This document shows positions 39,401 through 52,200 of a DNA stretch of 64,000 nt, piece by piece. Source of the stretch: Dipteris shenzhenensis (Eukaryota); NCBI GenBank assembly GCA_047967505.1, contig CM106538.1; one strand, given 5' to 3'. The first letter of the stretch is position 1; every line of letters starts with the position of its first letter. Position numbers and translations under genes: made by a program. The notes below the pieces were generated by a model. That model searched no databases, was not told the DNA's origin, and saw only the letters and a program-made list of their open reading frames with translations.

Positions 39401-40939
39401 GCACCCAAATATGTATGACTTAATGAAAGATAGTGTTACCAAAACTCAAGGCTCAAAGCAAAAAAATGCATCTGACTCTTGTGCATATACTATGCATCCA
39501 TATGAGCAATCTGGCACAAAAGAAAATGTCAACCTACAATGACAAAACAATGCCAAACCCAATGCTAATAAGAGCCAAATGCCTCAAGCATAAATACCAT
39601 CCATGGGTATAAGCATCAATAATGTCTCATCCAAGAGAGCATAGCACTACTGCAATGTGTCAAAGTTGTCCCTCTGCATAAAATAGCATATGTGTGCTAA
39701 ACGTCCATCAATGAAGCATCCCACAAGGGAATTTGGGCCTATCAGTGCATCTAACAAGGATTGCAATGAATCCAAATGCCTTGTAAAGCATCGATTGCAA
39801 CCCAATACAAACCACAAATGAGTGCACATGGCTCAGACTATAACCAATTTGCATAAGGTATGTCCCAAAAATCACAGCCCCATGACAATGACCGCTACTA
39901 AAAAGAGGTCTTGAGATGCCTCAAAACATGGGCATCACTACATAATCAGACTCAACAAGAAAATCTACAAATATCTCTCTTCTGCTGGAACTCCAAAATC
40001 CCAACCGATGAATGGGAAATGAGGAGTCAAACCTTGCAATTGACCTATAGTGAAAAAAACAAAGGTTTGAAACTTTGAATGAATTTTTAGCAAAGAAACA
40101 GATGATTTGCCATCTCAGAGAGACGAAGCTTTTCCAAATCTCCATGTAATTACACAAGAGCTGACATGTAGGGGTTTTTGGACCTTCGAAATGCAATGGA
40201 ACAGACGGTTTTGAAAACCGTGGTCCCAATCACCGGGTCCAACACACGGATCATAAAACATTTTTGCAAATAGACCTATTTGTAAACATCACCGAAGTGC
40301 AGATGATGAGAAAACATAATTTTTAGAACCTCCTGAGTCCACTGAAACTGATAGATCTGTGAATGGTTGCTTCAAACTTGAGTTCCAACACACTGGCATA
40401 AAAACATTGAAGTAGAGACAGTGAGTCACAAATCCGTTGAAATTATCCCAAATTCAAGAATGAAGGGTTTTTCAAAATCCCAAAGTGCAATGGACACCAA
40501 AAGCAGGTAATGGTTGCCTTTGCATGTCATTCCGAACTCTCAATTTCATCTTAAAAGGAACAGGGAATCATCAAGAAACGTCTTTTTTTCTCCAAAATCA
40601 TTCAGAGAACTTTCCAAAGGTTTTTGTAAGGTCTCTGCACACTAGGATGTAGGTAAAGTCACCTAATAGAGCTTCCCCTTCCTCCCACAGAGCTACATCG
40701 GTGGCAGACTTCAGGCTTTAGGCTCACACTTGGGCTTCAGCTAGAGCACCTATGCTCTGATACCAGTTGAGAGATCTCAACAACGAAAGTGGAATGGAAG
40801 AAGGTGAGAAAGAGGGAGAGCCAAAAGAGAGAGCCACACAAGTTTTGCAGGACACCCTAATCTTTTATGCATATATATATGTGTTTGAGTATTGTACATA
40901 ACCGGGGTTAAGGTACAGTGGCCTTTAACCCCCTCAACA
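33315..40939 (-). mobile_element. Copia family B, deleted and interrupted by family C
   Basis: 5' LTR 40768-40939, PBS complement 40754-40765, ~1.4-kb UTR, gag start at 39334 (MASSSMSEKG..IKKFDGTNFSF). Integrase TDNGGEY..VAERMN (ORF 33964-34278), RNase H tail ADMLMKSL, PPT complement CTCCCACT, 3' LTR 33315-33513. No TSD. Confidence 0.78.
34330..39253 (+). mobile_element. Copia family C: near-complete decayed gag-pol and 3' LTR, 5' LTR missing
   Basis: [85 protein letters not shown] 38427-38435. LTR 38436-~39253. Confidence 0.93.
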
Positions 40940-42385
40940 CTCCCACTCTCAAGGGGGACAAGCCTAGGCACATTTTCTAGTGCAAATTTCCCCAAATTAA
41001 TAACATATCTCTACCCCTGATAACGCACACAAGTTAACTTTTGGACCAAAGGGCACTCAATCACTCGACAAGTGTGCATGCATTTACAATCTAGCTGGCA
41101 TCTATGACAACCCTCCTCATCGAATCCACCTTCTCCACTTCATTAAAACCCTCATCCTCATCTAGTCCGCAATACAACAGATCACCATCATAATGATGAT
41201 GACCTAGTTTTGGACAACGATGGCAACAACTTCTTTGAAAGCTTTTTCCTCAAGAGGGAGGTTAAGTTTTTTGTTTGTAATGGAAAATCTAATGCAGAGT
41301 CTACTGTGATTCTATTTATGTTGTAAGCTACTTTTCTTATGTAAGCTAACATTGATACATGCATTCATTCATTATCTACATGTAAAAGAGTTTGATTGTA
41401 AAATTGTAATCAACCTTGGACTATAAGCAGAAAAAGGCTGAATTTTTTTTGTCGGACAAATCCTTTTTTCTTTTCAGCCATCTCAGTGTCATTGTTATTC
41501 CTGGGTTGGATATCATGCTCTTAAGCTTTTTGTTCATTGTTGTCATCTTGTGTATATAAAGCTCTATTTCATAGTATAATCTCATGCCAAGAATTGTAGG
41601 CTTCTTGCCGAGATTCATGTATTGACAATTCATGAAATTCATCATATTTGAAAGGGTAATATAACAGTACCTATCCATGATAGTAATTCTCTAGGTCTTT
41701 CGCTATGTTGAACTTCACAAATCTTATAATTCTTAATCTTCATCTCTTCTTAATGCTGCCATTGTCATAGTTATATTCTACTGCAAATGTTGCGAGGCAA
41801 ATGTTATCCATGTATTTTCTTCTTGTATCTTCATTGATGATGGTTTCGCTCGTTATGTCGGTGGACTCACTGAGGATGCATTGCAGTTGTTGTTTTCTTA
41901 AGGATGAGTGCTCTATTTTCTTGTTTGTTTGTGTTTATAAAATAGAAGTTCCTTACTATTCTATGTAATGGCAAAGACAAAGTAATGAAAGAATCCAATT
42001 GTGCACTCATCTACTAAGCATGTGAAAAAGTATTTCCCATTCTTCGTAGTCTATCATATGCATACTATTACCATGTATGCAAGTTTTAATTGTATGTTAG
42101 GAGATTGCTTGTTATTGTATTGTTCATTTTTGTGATGTATGAAGAGTAGTATGCTATGGCTATGTATGGATCCATAATGTACTATATGTCTATATTTGAT
42201 TACAATAAGAAGCTCATCTTTGGATTGAAAACATTTATGAAAATGTCCTTTGGTTCTCTTTTCAAGAATAGGGTTGGTTTTCCTATTTGTGATCATAGTG
42301 CTAGTATGTATGTTGATATGTCTACTTTGATATTGTCGATCCAGTCGACGAATGTCATATTTGTTTTGACTTCTATGATGTGTAG

Positions 42386-43252
42386 ATGTGTAGTATTATC
42401 CGAAAAAGAAATCAAGACCAAAGGCTAGAGGCTAAGCATGGCTACGTTTCTGAAATAGTGGAAATGGATGATGCTCTTACCTTGGAGAGACCTTTTACTG
42501 ATACAGAGCTTCATAACGCATTGTTCCATCTTAGCCAATACAAGTCCCCTGGCTGGGATGGCCTTACGGTGGAATTTTATATTTCTTTTTGGGATGATTT
42601 GAAAGATGTCCTCTTGCAAATGATCAATGTTGCCTGGCAAGAAAATCAGTTACCGCACTCTTGGAAGCATGGCATAGTCAAACTTGTGCCCAAAAAACAT
42701 CTGTGTGACCATATGTCAAATTGGAGGCCTATTACTTTGATGCTTGTAGTTTACAAACTCATTGCCAAAATGATTGTGTATAGGCTCCACGGGATACTGA
42801 ATGCGGGCCTTTATCCTCATCAGTATGGGTTTGTGCCACAAGACAAATCCATGACAATATCTCCAATGCATTGACTGCAATTGAATATGCTAAGTACTCG
42901 CATCAACATGTGCTCATATTGCAGGTAGATATTGCTAAGGCATTTGACACTGTTCAATGGGATTTATCTCTCAAATCATGACAAAGTTGGGCTTTGGTCC
43001 AAAGATAGCAAATGCAGTTTACTGGCTTTATTCTAGCTCCACTTCTCAGTGCATTCTTGGGGGTCATCTATCTCAGTCATGGACATTGGGTAGATCAGTT
43101 AGACAGGGCTGCCCTCTTAGTGCTCTCTTCTATGCCATTGCGACCCATCCCCTCTTAATGTATCTTGATCACCTTACAAACACTAAACAGATGACTGGTC
43201 TTAAAATCCCTGGGGCTGCATCTTTTTTGGCACAAGCATATGCTGATGATTT
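42386..43252 (+). pseudogene. L1/Tx1-type LINE reverse transcriptase fragment
   Basis: KSPGWDGLTVEFY; NWRPITL...YKLIAK; QYGFVP; DIAKAFDTVQW; VRQGCPLS; AYADD, then truncated. Confidence 0.93.
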
Positions 43253-46204
43253 ATTTGCAAGCCTGTTTCTTTTTCAACCATAGCTTTAAAAGCTTTAAAG
43301 TGCCCAAACACTTCACTTTTCTTTTTCATAAAATACACCCAAACTTTTCTACTGTAGTCATCAATAAAAGTGACAAAATAATGACAACCTCTAATAGATG
43401 TAGCTTTAGTAGTCCACACATTAGAGTGGATTAATTCCAATGGCTTCTTACTCTCTTGAACATGCCTAGGAAATGGTTTCCTTGCCTGTTTTCCAAATTG
43501 ATAGGCTTCACAAACCTTATGGATTTATGCAACCTTGAATTTAGGCAATCCTGCAACAATGTTTTGAGCCTGCATTGATTTAAGTCATTGTACATTAACA
43601 AGACCAATGTGTTTATGCCAGATATCAATATCTGCAACTACACTGGTCCCATGTGCAAACATTGCTGCACTCAATTCAGGCATGTTCGCATCCAATGTAA
43701 ACATCCTACCCTTCTTCTTTCCTTTTGCTATCAAGCGACCATTATTTTTCATATCCTCATCAAAGCATCCATGAGGATTAAATCTGACCTGCAAGCCCTG
43801 CTCAACCATTTGACCAACAGAAACTAGGTTCTTGGTGATGTTCAGGACATGAAATACATCAGACAGGTATTTCTTTTTCCCATCCTGCATAGACAAAGGA
43901 ATTTCACCAATCTGCACAATAGGATGTGCAGTATCATCACCAGTCTCCACAAATCCTAGTCTTTCCATTTTTCTTGCATCCTGCATCCATTCTGCATGAC
44001 CTATCATGTGGTTTGACGCACTTGAGTCAACATTCCACACAGCATTTCTTTCTTCTGCACTTGTCACAGAATTGGTCATGTGCTGCACCATAAACAAATG
44101 CTCATTTCTGTCATCACCCTGTCTACTAGAGGATGCATAATTGCCTTGCTGCAATTTTCCATTCATAATGCCATTCTCCTTTTTGTAGCAGTCTTTAGCC
44201 ATATGACCCATTTTACCACAATAGTAGCATTCAACATTACTGTTTGCATTTTGACCTCCCTGCCATCCACCACGGCCTCTTTGGCTCCCCCTGCCTCTAG
44301 AGTTACCACGTCCTCCTCCAAAGGACTGGTTTTCTTGAGTTTGCTGCATATTCTGATTTCCACCACGGCCTCCAGATCAGGCTCCTCTACCTCTGCCTCT
44401 ACCTCTTCCAACATTTGAGTAGAAGATAGTTTCTTTTGAAGTTCCTCCTAAAGAAGATGCACCACCATTTCTCTGCTCTTCAGAAATTAGAAGAGCATAC
44501 AACTCAAAATCAAGAAATTTTTCATGGGCGGCAATGGATGTCCAAAACTGTGCATAATCCTTTCCTAGACCATTCAAGGTCATAGAAACTAAATCATCAT
44601 CTTCCACTAGCGAACCAATGGAAGCAAGTGCATCTGCAATTTTCTTCACCTTCATGTGGTAGTCATTGATGCTCATATTTTCTCTCTGCACATTGTGCAA
44701 CTCCTGCTTGAGCTGCATTTTCCTGGCTTGCATATTTGTGCTGTACATTTTTGCCAAAGTATCCCATGCCTCCTTTGGCATACTTGCATCCTGAATATGC
44801 ACAATCATAGAATCCGAAATATTGATAGACAACCAATACATAACTTTTATGGCTCTCTCATGCCATCCTTTAAATGCTTGCATTTCCTGTTGATTGGGAA
44901 CATTAGGAAGAACTGGTTCTTCTTCATTTCCTGTAATGAACTCCCAATAGCCTTTTCCCATAAGGAAATTCGTCATTCTAAACTTCCATGCCTGGAAGTT
45001 GTTCTTGTCAAGCTTTTCAGTGACAATCTGTGAAAGAGAATCAGACGCCATTATAGAACACTGCAAAAAACACAGCTTTTGCCTCTCACAGGCAGAGCTG
45101 CAAAACTGACGAAAGTGGTATTTGACCACACAGTCTCTTCCTAGTGATGATTTTGCATCAACAGGCAGCAAGGATGATTCTGCAACTCCCAATATCTCTG
45201 TGCACAGGCATACAATGCAATTTCTACGGCAACTTTTCACCGACCTGCAGAGCAGTGGTCCCACAGCAAAAACAGGGCCTTTTTCTGAGTGCCTACGAAG
45301 AACTTCCACCTTCAAAACGAGCACCGAAATGGCCCCAAAATGTCCCGTAGCATATACTGCCCTCTCGCCACATCGCGAAGGGCGTCTCAATCTGAGATAG
45401 TGCACTCTTGCACTTTCCGGCTATGCTACCTATAGAGATTTGCTCCCAAACTCAAAAAAGGAAAGCGACACTAGTCCTCTTACCAAGACACCACGAACTT
45501 GGTTTGCTTTCTTGAGCTCCGACCTGCAGAGCAGTGGTCGCACAGCAAAAACAGGGCCTTTTTCTCAGTGCTTGCGGAGAACTTTGGCCTCCAAAACGGG
45601 CCTCAAAATGGCCTCGAATCAGAAAAATAAAGTCACCAGAGGCTTTGCCCTGTAGCATATATTGCCCTCTCGCCACACCGCGAAGGACGTCTCAATTTGA
45701 GACAATGCACTCTCGCACTTTCTGGCTATGCTATCTGCAGAGATTTGCTCCCAAACTCAAAAAAGGAAAGCAACATTGGTCCTCTTACTAGGACACTACG
45801 AACTTGGTTTGCTTTCTTAAGCTCCTTACCAGAAGGAGGCTCTGATACCATGTGAAGATAGTGGGAGAGAAGGAAGGAGTCTCACTTGCGGCTTTCTCAC
45901 ATACACAATGGGGGAATACACACAAAGGTGGAGGCTGAAAACAGTTTTCCTCTTCTTAGTTGTGAAAGCCAAAAGAACTCTAGTACAAAGAAATAGAAGA
46001 ACCCTTTATGTGGGTCTCAAACCAAACTCAACTAACTAAGGTGGCATACTAACTGAGAGCCATGAACTAGAGTAGATAAGGATAGCTGTCATCCAACTAT
46101 TATTCATGGGCAGTGTACCAACTGCATCTGTAGCTAACAAGTCGGTGACATAAATGCACAACGGTCACCCTGGCATATCACGAGTGGAGCTCGATATCTC
46201 AACA
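43253..46204 (-). mobile_element. Copia family A 5' half (LTR, PBS, duplicated UTR, gag, protease, integrase N-terminus)
   Basis: LTR 45851-46204, PBS complement 45839-45850, gag ATG at 45051 (MASDSLSQIVTEKLDKNNFQAWK), CYYCGKMGHMAKDC, FIDDYSRKVWVYF. Truncated inside integrase. Confidence 0.95.
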
Positions 46205-48395
46205 ATTTGATGTCAGAGCATCTAGCATAGACAAGATCTTCAAGGTCAAGCAATGTAACTAAAACCATTGATGTAAGTGATTACTATGCCTCAGTTCCTC
46301 CTCCAACAATACCAAAGCAAAGGCAACTTAGTCAAAGAAGACCTTCTACCCAAACATGTTTAGCACCACCACCAACATCTGAAAGGGAATCTCCTAGCTC
46401 GCCACCTTTAAAAGAGGATGTTGATTCACCTCTTAGGTTCCAAAGGAGGATGTCCTTGCCTCTGTGGCCTCCAACATAGTAGTTAGAACTAGATCAAAAG
46501 TCTCTACTTCCGAAAGATTAGATTTCAATGGAGGATGTCCCAGTATCACATAAGGTGACCTTTCTAGGCTCTAGCACAACACTCAAATTTTCTCAAAACT
46601 AGATCAAGAGTCCCTACTTTCCACAAAGATTCTAATCTACTTCCCACAAACTAGATCAAGAGTCTCTACTTCCCATAAAGATTCTATTCTTGCTACAAAA
46701 TCCCTTCCCATGCCAAACAAAGATGGGAGTCCCTCCTAGAGACCTCCCTAAGGAAGAGGAAATGCATGAGGATGAGGAGGATGAATCGAGTGAAGATAAT
46801 TAGCCATATTCCTATAGGGAATAAATCTAAGAGGTGGAGAACATAGTGGAAGTGTATGAGTGTAGTGTTCAATATTTGAGGAGTAGGAGGATCAGTTGAT
46901 TGAGCAATTCAAATCACTAGCAAGTAGGTTTAGTGAGACGAAATATAAAAGAACATTGAGGACTATCTACAAACAACAAGGAGAGCTGGAGCAATGCCAA
47001 GATGTCATGTTGATTCCAATAGGTAGAGACCCAAGCTTAGCACATTTGACCATCATTGTGTAAGTCTTTGACAAGATTTTACAATGAAGACTTGTACTTT
47101 TAGGTGGCCAAATGAGAGCATATCATAAGAGGACAAAGGATCCATGTTTTGGAAAAGTAGTCGTCTAATTATAATGAGAAGTTGACCAAGGAATCTCAAT
47201 ATTTGAGTCATAATTTGGATCACACTTGGATCAAGTCAAGAGCTTTCAAGTCCAAAAATAAGGATGAGGGCTCACATCAATCCAATCGTGTAGCAGACTT
47301 AGAGTGAGAACCAATCAGCCAACACAATGTTGGTGATTGAGATAGCAACTTGACTTAAGAGGTTCAAAATTCCAAAAGCACCCATGCTCCTCTCTTAGCT
47401 AAGTTGTGATGTAAAGCTCATAGCAATCTAGTTGTGTAGCATAGTCAGAGAAAGCAACAATCAACCAATGCAATGTTGACGATTGAGAAGAAGAATGGTA
47501 GCAATTTGACTAAAAATGTCCAGAAGACCCAAAGCACCTTCTCCTCTCAAAGCTAAGTTGTATTCAATTCTTTTTTATGCATAAAATTGAAGTCTAGGAT
47601 TGAGGCATTGAAGAACCTACTTCAGTAGTATCTGACTGTTTTAGTGATATGTTTTCTCTTTCTATAAATTGTTATATATTTCCTTGTAAAGAGATGTTGA
47701 ACATCATCTTGTGAAACATCGTAGGGTATGGTGATTGGGAAACACTATTAGCATGCAAGTGAGTTTGGAAAAGGAGATTCTCTTCATATAATAGTATGCG
47801 CACACAGTGTTCAAGAAAAGGAAAGTAGATGTTGAGAGGTCTTTGAATTCAAAGAAGGATTTGAACCTATTTCTAAGCTCAAAGTTTTGCTGGCACACAG
47901 TGAAGCAAGAGAGAGACTCAACAATATTTTGTCCTACTCTTTATATTTTTAATAGAAGAAGTATCTACTTTTATTTGAAAAATATAAATGGAATCACATT
48001 TACTTTGTCAAACGCTTTAAGCTTTTAGTTTCTTATGTGCTTCATTTGTTGAAAGTGTAATGAGAATGATGTGAATGATGAGTACGTGGAGAGGGGAGTG
48101 AATGTGCAAGATAAAAAGTGTTGAATGGAGTGGATGGAAATGAAGAAAACATGAAATTAAGATGATGCAAATGAATTTTAATAAAAGGCTAAAACCTTAA
48201 ATTTTAGGAAAATAGATTTTTTTTTAATAGTTTCAAATTAGAAAAACTCAAACTCTGTCCAATCCTACAAAAAAAAAAAGGCATGTCAAATCTAAAAACT
48301 AACCAATGCAAACAACCTATGAATGCTCCTACATTCAAAAAAAGATATCAATCTTTCTACAAATTTCAAATCAAATGAAATTTTTTGAGATGAAT

Positions 48396-49089
48396 TGTTA
48401 GAATCCAAGAGCATGTGCCTAGCGTGCCCCCCGCCAAGACCGCTAGCACCTCACGGAAGTGCACAACCTTCATGGCCACTACGGAGGCTCTGGCATGTGT
48501 GTATGGCAGGTCCCCACCCCTGCCATAAGGCACCCTTGCCTAGCTAGCCCTCCAACCTCCACAAAAGGCAAGCTTGGGGGAATTGAAGATAGGAGGGGTA
48601 ACTTGGACTATTTATGTCCCTTCATCTTCCACACACCTTTGTATGTGGGATAATTCAACCCTTTCTCCTTCTTCTTATCCCCTTTGTCCATGAGAGATTT
48701 GCACCTCCAACACCCCCCTCCAATCGATCATGGAGAGAGGTGGCCGGGGATCAAACCCGGGCTCTGATACCATGTTAGAATCCAAGAGCATGTGCCTAGC
48801 GTGCCCCCCGCCAAGACCGCTAGCACCTCACGGAAGTGCACAACCTTCATGGCCACTACGGAGGCTCTGGCATGTGTGTATGGCAGGTCCCCACCCCTGC
48901 CATAAGGCACCCTTGCCTAGCCAGCCCTCCAACCTCCACAAAAGGCAAGCTTGGGGGAATTGAAGATAGGAGGGGTAACTTGGACTATTTATGTCCCTTC
49001 ATCTTCCACACACCTTTGTATGTGGGATAATTCAACCCTTTCTCCTTCTTCTTATCCCCTTTGTCCATGAGAGATTTGCACCTCCAACA
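48396..49089 (-). mobile_element. TRIM (terminal-repeat retrotransposon in miniature), 694 bp, very young
   Basis: 317-bp LTRs 48396-48712 and 48773-49089 with one difference seen. 60-bp internal region with PPT complement CCCCCCTCC and PBS complement GCTCTGATACCA. TSD TGAAT at 48391-48395 and 49090-49094. Confidence 0.97.
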
Positions 49090-49249
49090 TGAATAACTTA
49101 CATGGGCTTCCTACTACCATCATGAATCATTTGACTATATCCATACCACAGGTCTCCCTACAATGAGTTGCATGCTCATCTACCCACGATAAATTATAGA
49201 CTCTCCTTATTTTCTCTACATTTACCTCTCCCATAGCTTGGGACACCAA

Positions 49250-52200
49250 GGGTTATTTGTATGCTAGCATCGCAACATCCCTTATTTCAATTTACATATA
49301 CCACCATTGAGCTAATTGCACCATGGGATTACTTTTAGTCTTGCTACTCAATGTTGAGTGGCCCAATTATATGCACACCACGGTTTCTAATGATATCTCT
49401 CCATGCCTTGGGTTGATCAAATCCAAGTCTTCCATAGTGCTAGCCATGCATGGTGTATGAGCATGAAAAATGCGCTTGCAATGTACAAACTAGAATAGCA
49501 TGTGTGAAAACCCATAATATCATGAAACAATTTAAAAACCACCAAAAATTGTCGAGATATCGAGCTCCACTCGTGCATTTATGTCACCGACTTGTTAGCT
49601 GCAGATGTGGTTGGTACAGCACCCATGAATAATAGATGGATGACAGCTATCCTTATGTACTCTAGTTCGTGGCTCAGTTAGTATGCCACTTTAGTTAGTT
49701 GAGTTTGGTTGAGACCCACATATAGGGTTCTTCTATTTCTTTGTACTAGAGTTCTTTTGGCTTTCACAACTAAGAAGAGGAAAACTGTTTTCAGCCTCCA
49801 CCTTTGTGTGTATTCCCCCATTGTGTATGTGAGAAAGCCACAAGTGAGACTCCTTCCTTGTCTCCCACTATCTTCACATGGTATCAGAGCCTCGTTCGTG
49901 GTAAGGAGCTTAAGAAAGCAAACCAAGTTTGCAGTGTCCTAGTAAGAGGACTAGTGTTGCTTTCCTTTTTCGAGTTTGGGAGCAAATCTCTGCAGGTAGC
50001 ACAACCAGAAAGTGAGAGAGTGCATTGTCTCAGATTGAGACGCCCTTCGCAGTGTGGCGAGAGGGCAATATATGCTGCGAGATAGGACAAAGCCTCTCGT
50101 GACTTTATTTTTTTTATTCGAGGCCATTTCGGGGCCCGTTTTGGAGGCCGAAGTTCTCTACAAGCACTGAGAAAAAGGCCCTGTTTTTGTTGTACGACCA
50201 CTGCTCTGTAGGTTGGTGAAAAGTTGCCACAGAAATTGCATCATATGCCTGTACGCAGAGATATTGGGAGTTACGGAATCATCCTTATTGCCTGTTGATG
50301 CAAAATTGTCACTAGGAAGTGACTGTGTGGTCAAATACCACTTTCGTCAGTTTTTCAGATTTGCTCGTGTGAGGCAGAAGCTATGTTTTTTGTAGTGACA
50401 GAATATTTTGTAGTGTTCTGTAATGGCGTCTCATTCTCTTTCACAGATTGTCACTGTAAAGCTTGACAAGAACAACTTCCAAGCATGGAAGTTTAGAATG
50501 ACGAATTTCCTTATGGAAAAAGCCTATTGGGAGTTCATTACAAGAAATGAAGAAGAACCAGTTCTTCTTAATGTTCCCAATCAACAGGAAATGCAAGCAT
50601 TTAAAGGATGGCATGAGAGAGCCAGAAAAGTTATGTTCTGGCTATCTATCAGTATTTCAGATTGTATGATTGTGCATATTCAGAACATGCTATCCAAATA
50701 TGGGATGACAGGCTGTAAGCCTATTTTAGTTCCTTTGGAGTAGAATGTGAAGTTGAGCACATATGCAGGTGGGCTTCTAGAAGACCCTACTATGTACAAA
50801 CGCATAGTAGGAAGTTTGATTTATATGACTATTACCAAGCCAGATTTGAGCTATGTTGTTGGATTGGTAAGTCAGTTTATGCAGGCTCCAAGGAAACCAC
50901 ATTTGGATGCGGCTAGACGCATACTCAGGTATGTGAAGTCCACATTGTAGTATGGACTATTTTATGAGGCTGGGGTTCAGATACAGTTGCATGGATACAC
51001 TGATGCTGATTGGGCTAGTAGTATTTCAGATAGACGATCTACTAGTGGATATGTGTTCTCTTTTGGGAGTGCTGTAGTCACTTGGAGTAGCAAGAAACAA
51101 CCTACAATTGCATTGTCAAGCACAGAGGCTGAGTACAGGGGTGCAACAATGGCTGCATGTGAGGTAGCTTGGTTGCATAAGCTACTTTATGATTTGCATC
51201 AGTCTACAGATGGGCCAGTTGTCATTTATTGTGACAACATGAGCAATATACACTTAGCAAATAACCCAATCTATCATGCTAGAACAAAGCACATTGAGGT
51301 GCATTATCACTATGTGTGGGAGAAGGTTTTACTAGGTCTTATTGATCTAGTTTATGTCAACACAGAGGATCAGGCAGCTGACATATTCATGAAGGCATTG
51401 GGCACAGAGAAGCTGCGCAAGTTCAGAGACCTGCTTGGGGTGTAGGAATTGGGATTGAGCTCGAGGAGGAGTGTTGAGATATCGAGCTCCACTCGTGATA
51501 TGCCAGGGTGACCGTTGTGCATTTATGTCACCGACTTGTTAGCTGCAGATGCGGTTGGTACACTGCCCATAAATAATAGCTGGATGACAACTATCCTTAC
51601 GTACTCTAGTTCGTGGCTCAGTTAGTATGCCACCTTAGTTAGTTGAGTTTGGTTGAGACCCACATATAGGGTTCTTCTATTTCTTTGTACTAGAGTTCTT
51701 TTGGCTTTCACAACTAAGAAGAGGAAAACTGTTTTTAGCCTCCACCTGTGTGTGTATTCCCCTATTGTGTATGTGAGAAAGCCGCAAGTGAGACTCCTTC
51801 CTTCTCTCCCACAATCTTCACAAAAACAACTTCACATGTATTGTGTGAAGCTTCCTTTCCCCATGCAATCGAGGGAAGAATTATTCACAGTGCCTAAAAA
51901 TGTCTTTACATCAATGTCCTTAAATCTTTTCTTATATAATAGAGGTACTAAGATATCAAGTGCTAATCACACTGTGCTAATCACACTCCAACCTTTTCTG
52001 ACTAGTTTGTCTTTTTTTTTTGTCTCAAAGATTTAAGATCACCAACACTTGGTCTAGATTTCTTAATTCTCCTAATGTTTTTTCATCTTCTGTCATCATT
52101 ACTTGGTCAAAATCCAATCCCATATCTGAAAGCACCTTCTCAATTCTTTTAATGATTTTTTTATTCTCTTTCTCATATGGATAACTATGTACAACTAAAA

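Noticed and set aside
47803-47902. Two CACAGTG heptamers (RSS/Transib-TIR-like) downstream of the transposase relic
   Set aside because: No nonamer at 12/23 spacing and no matching inverted partner on the other side. The CACTGTG near 51970 is created by a 14-bp duplication. 7-mers are expected by chance in 64 kb.
48396-49089. TRIM as a Cassandra element
   Set aside because: I see no 5S rRNA-like segment (e.g. GGATGGGTGACC) in the LTR on either strand.
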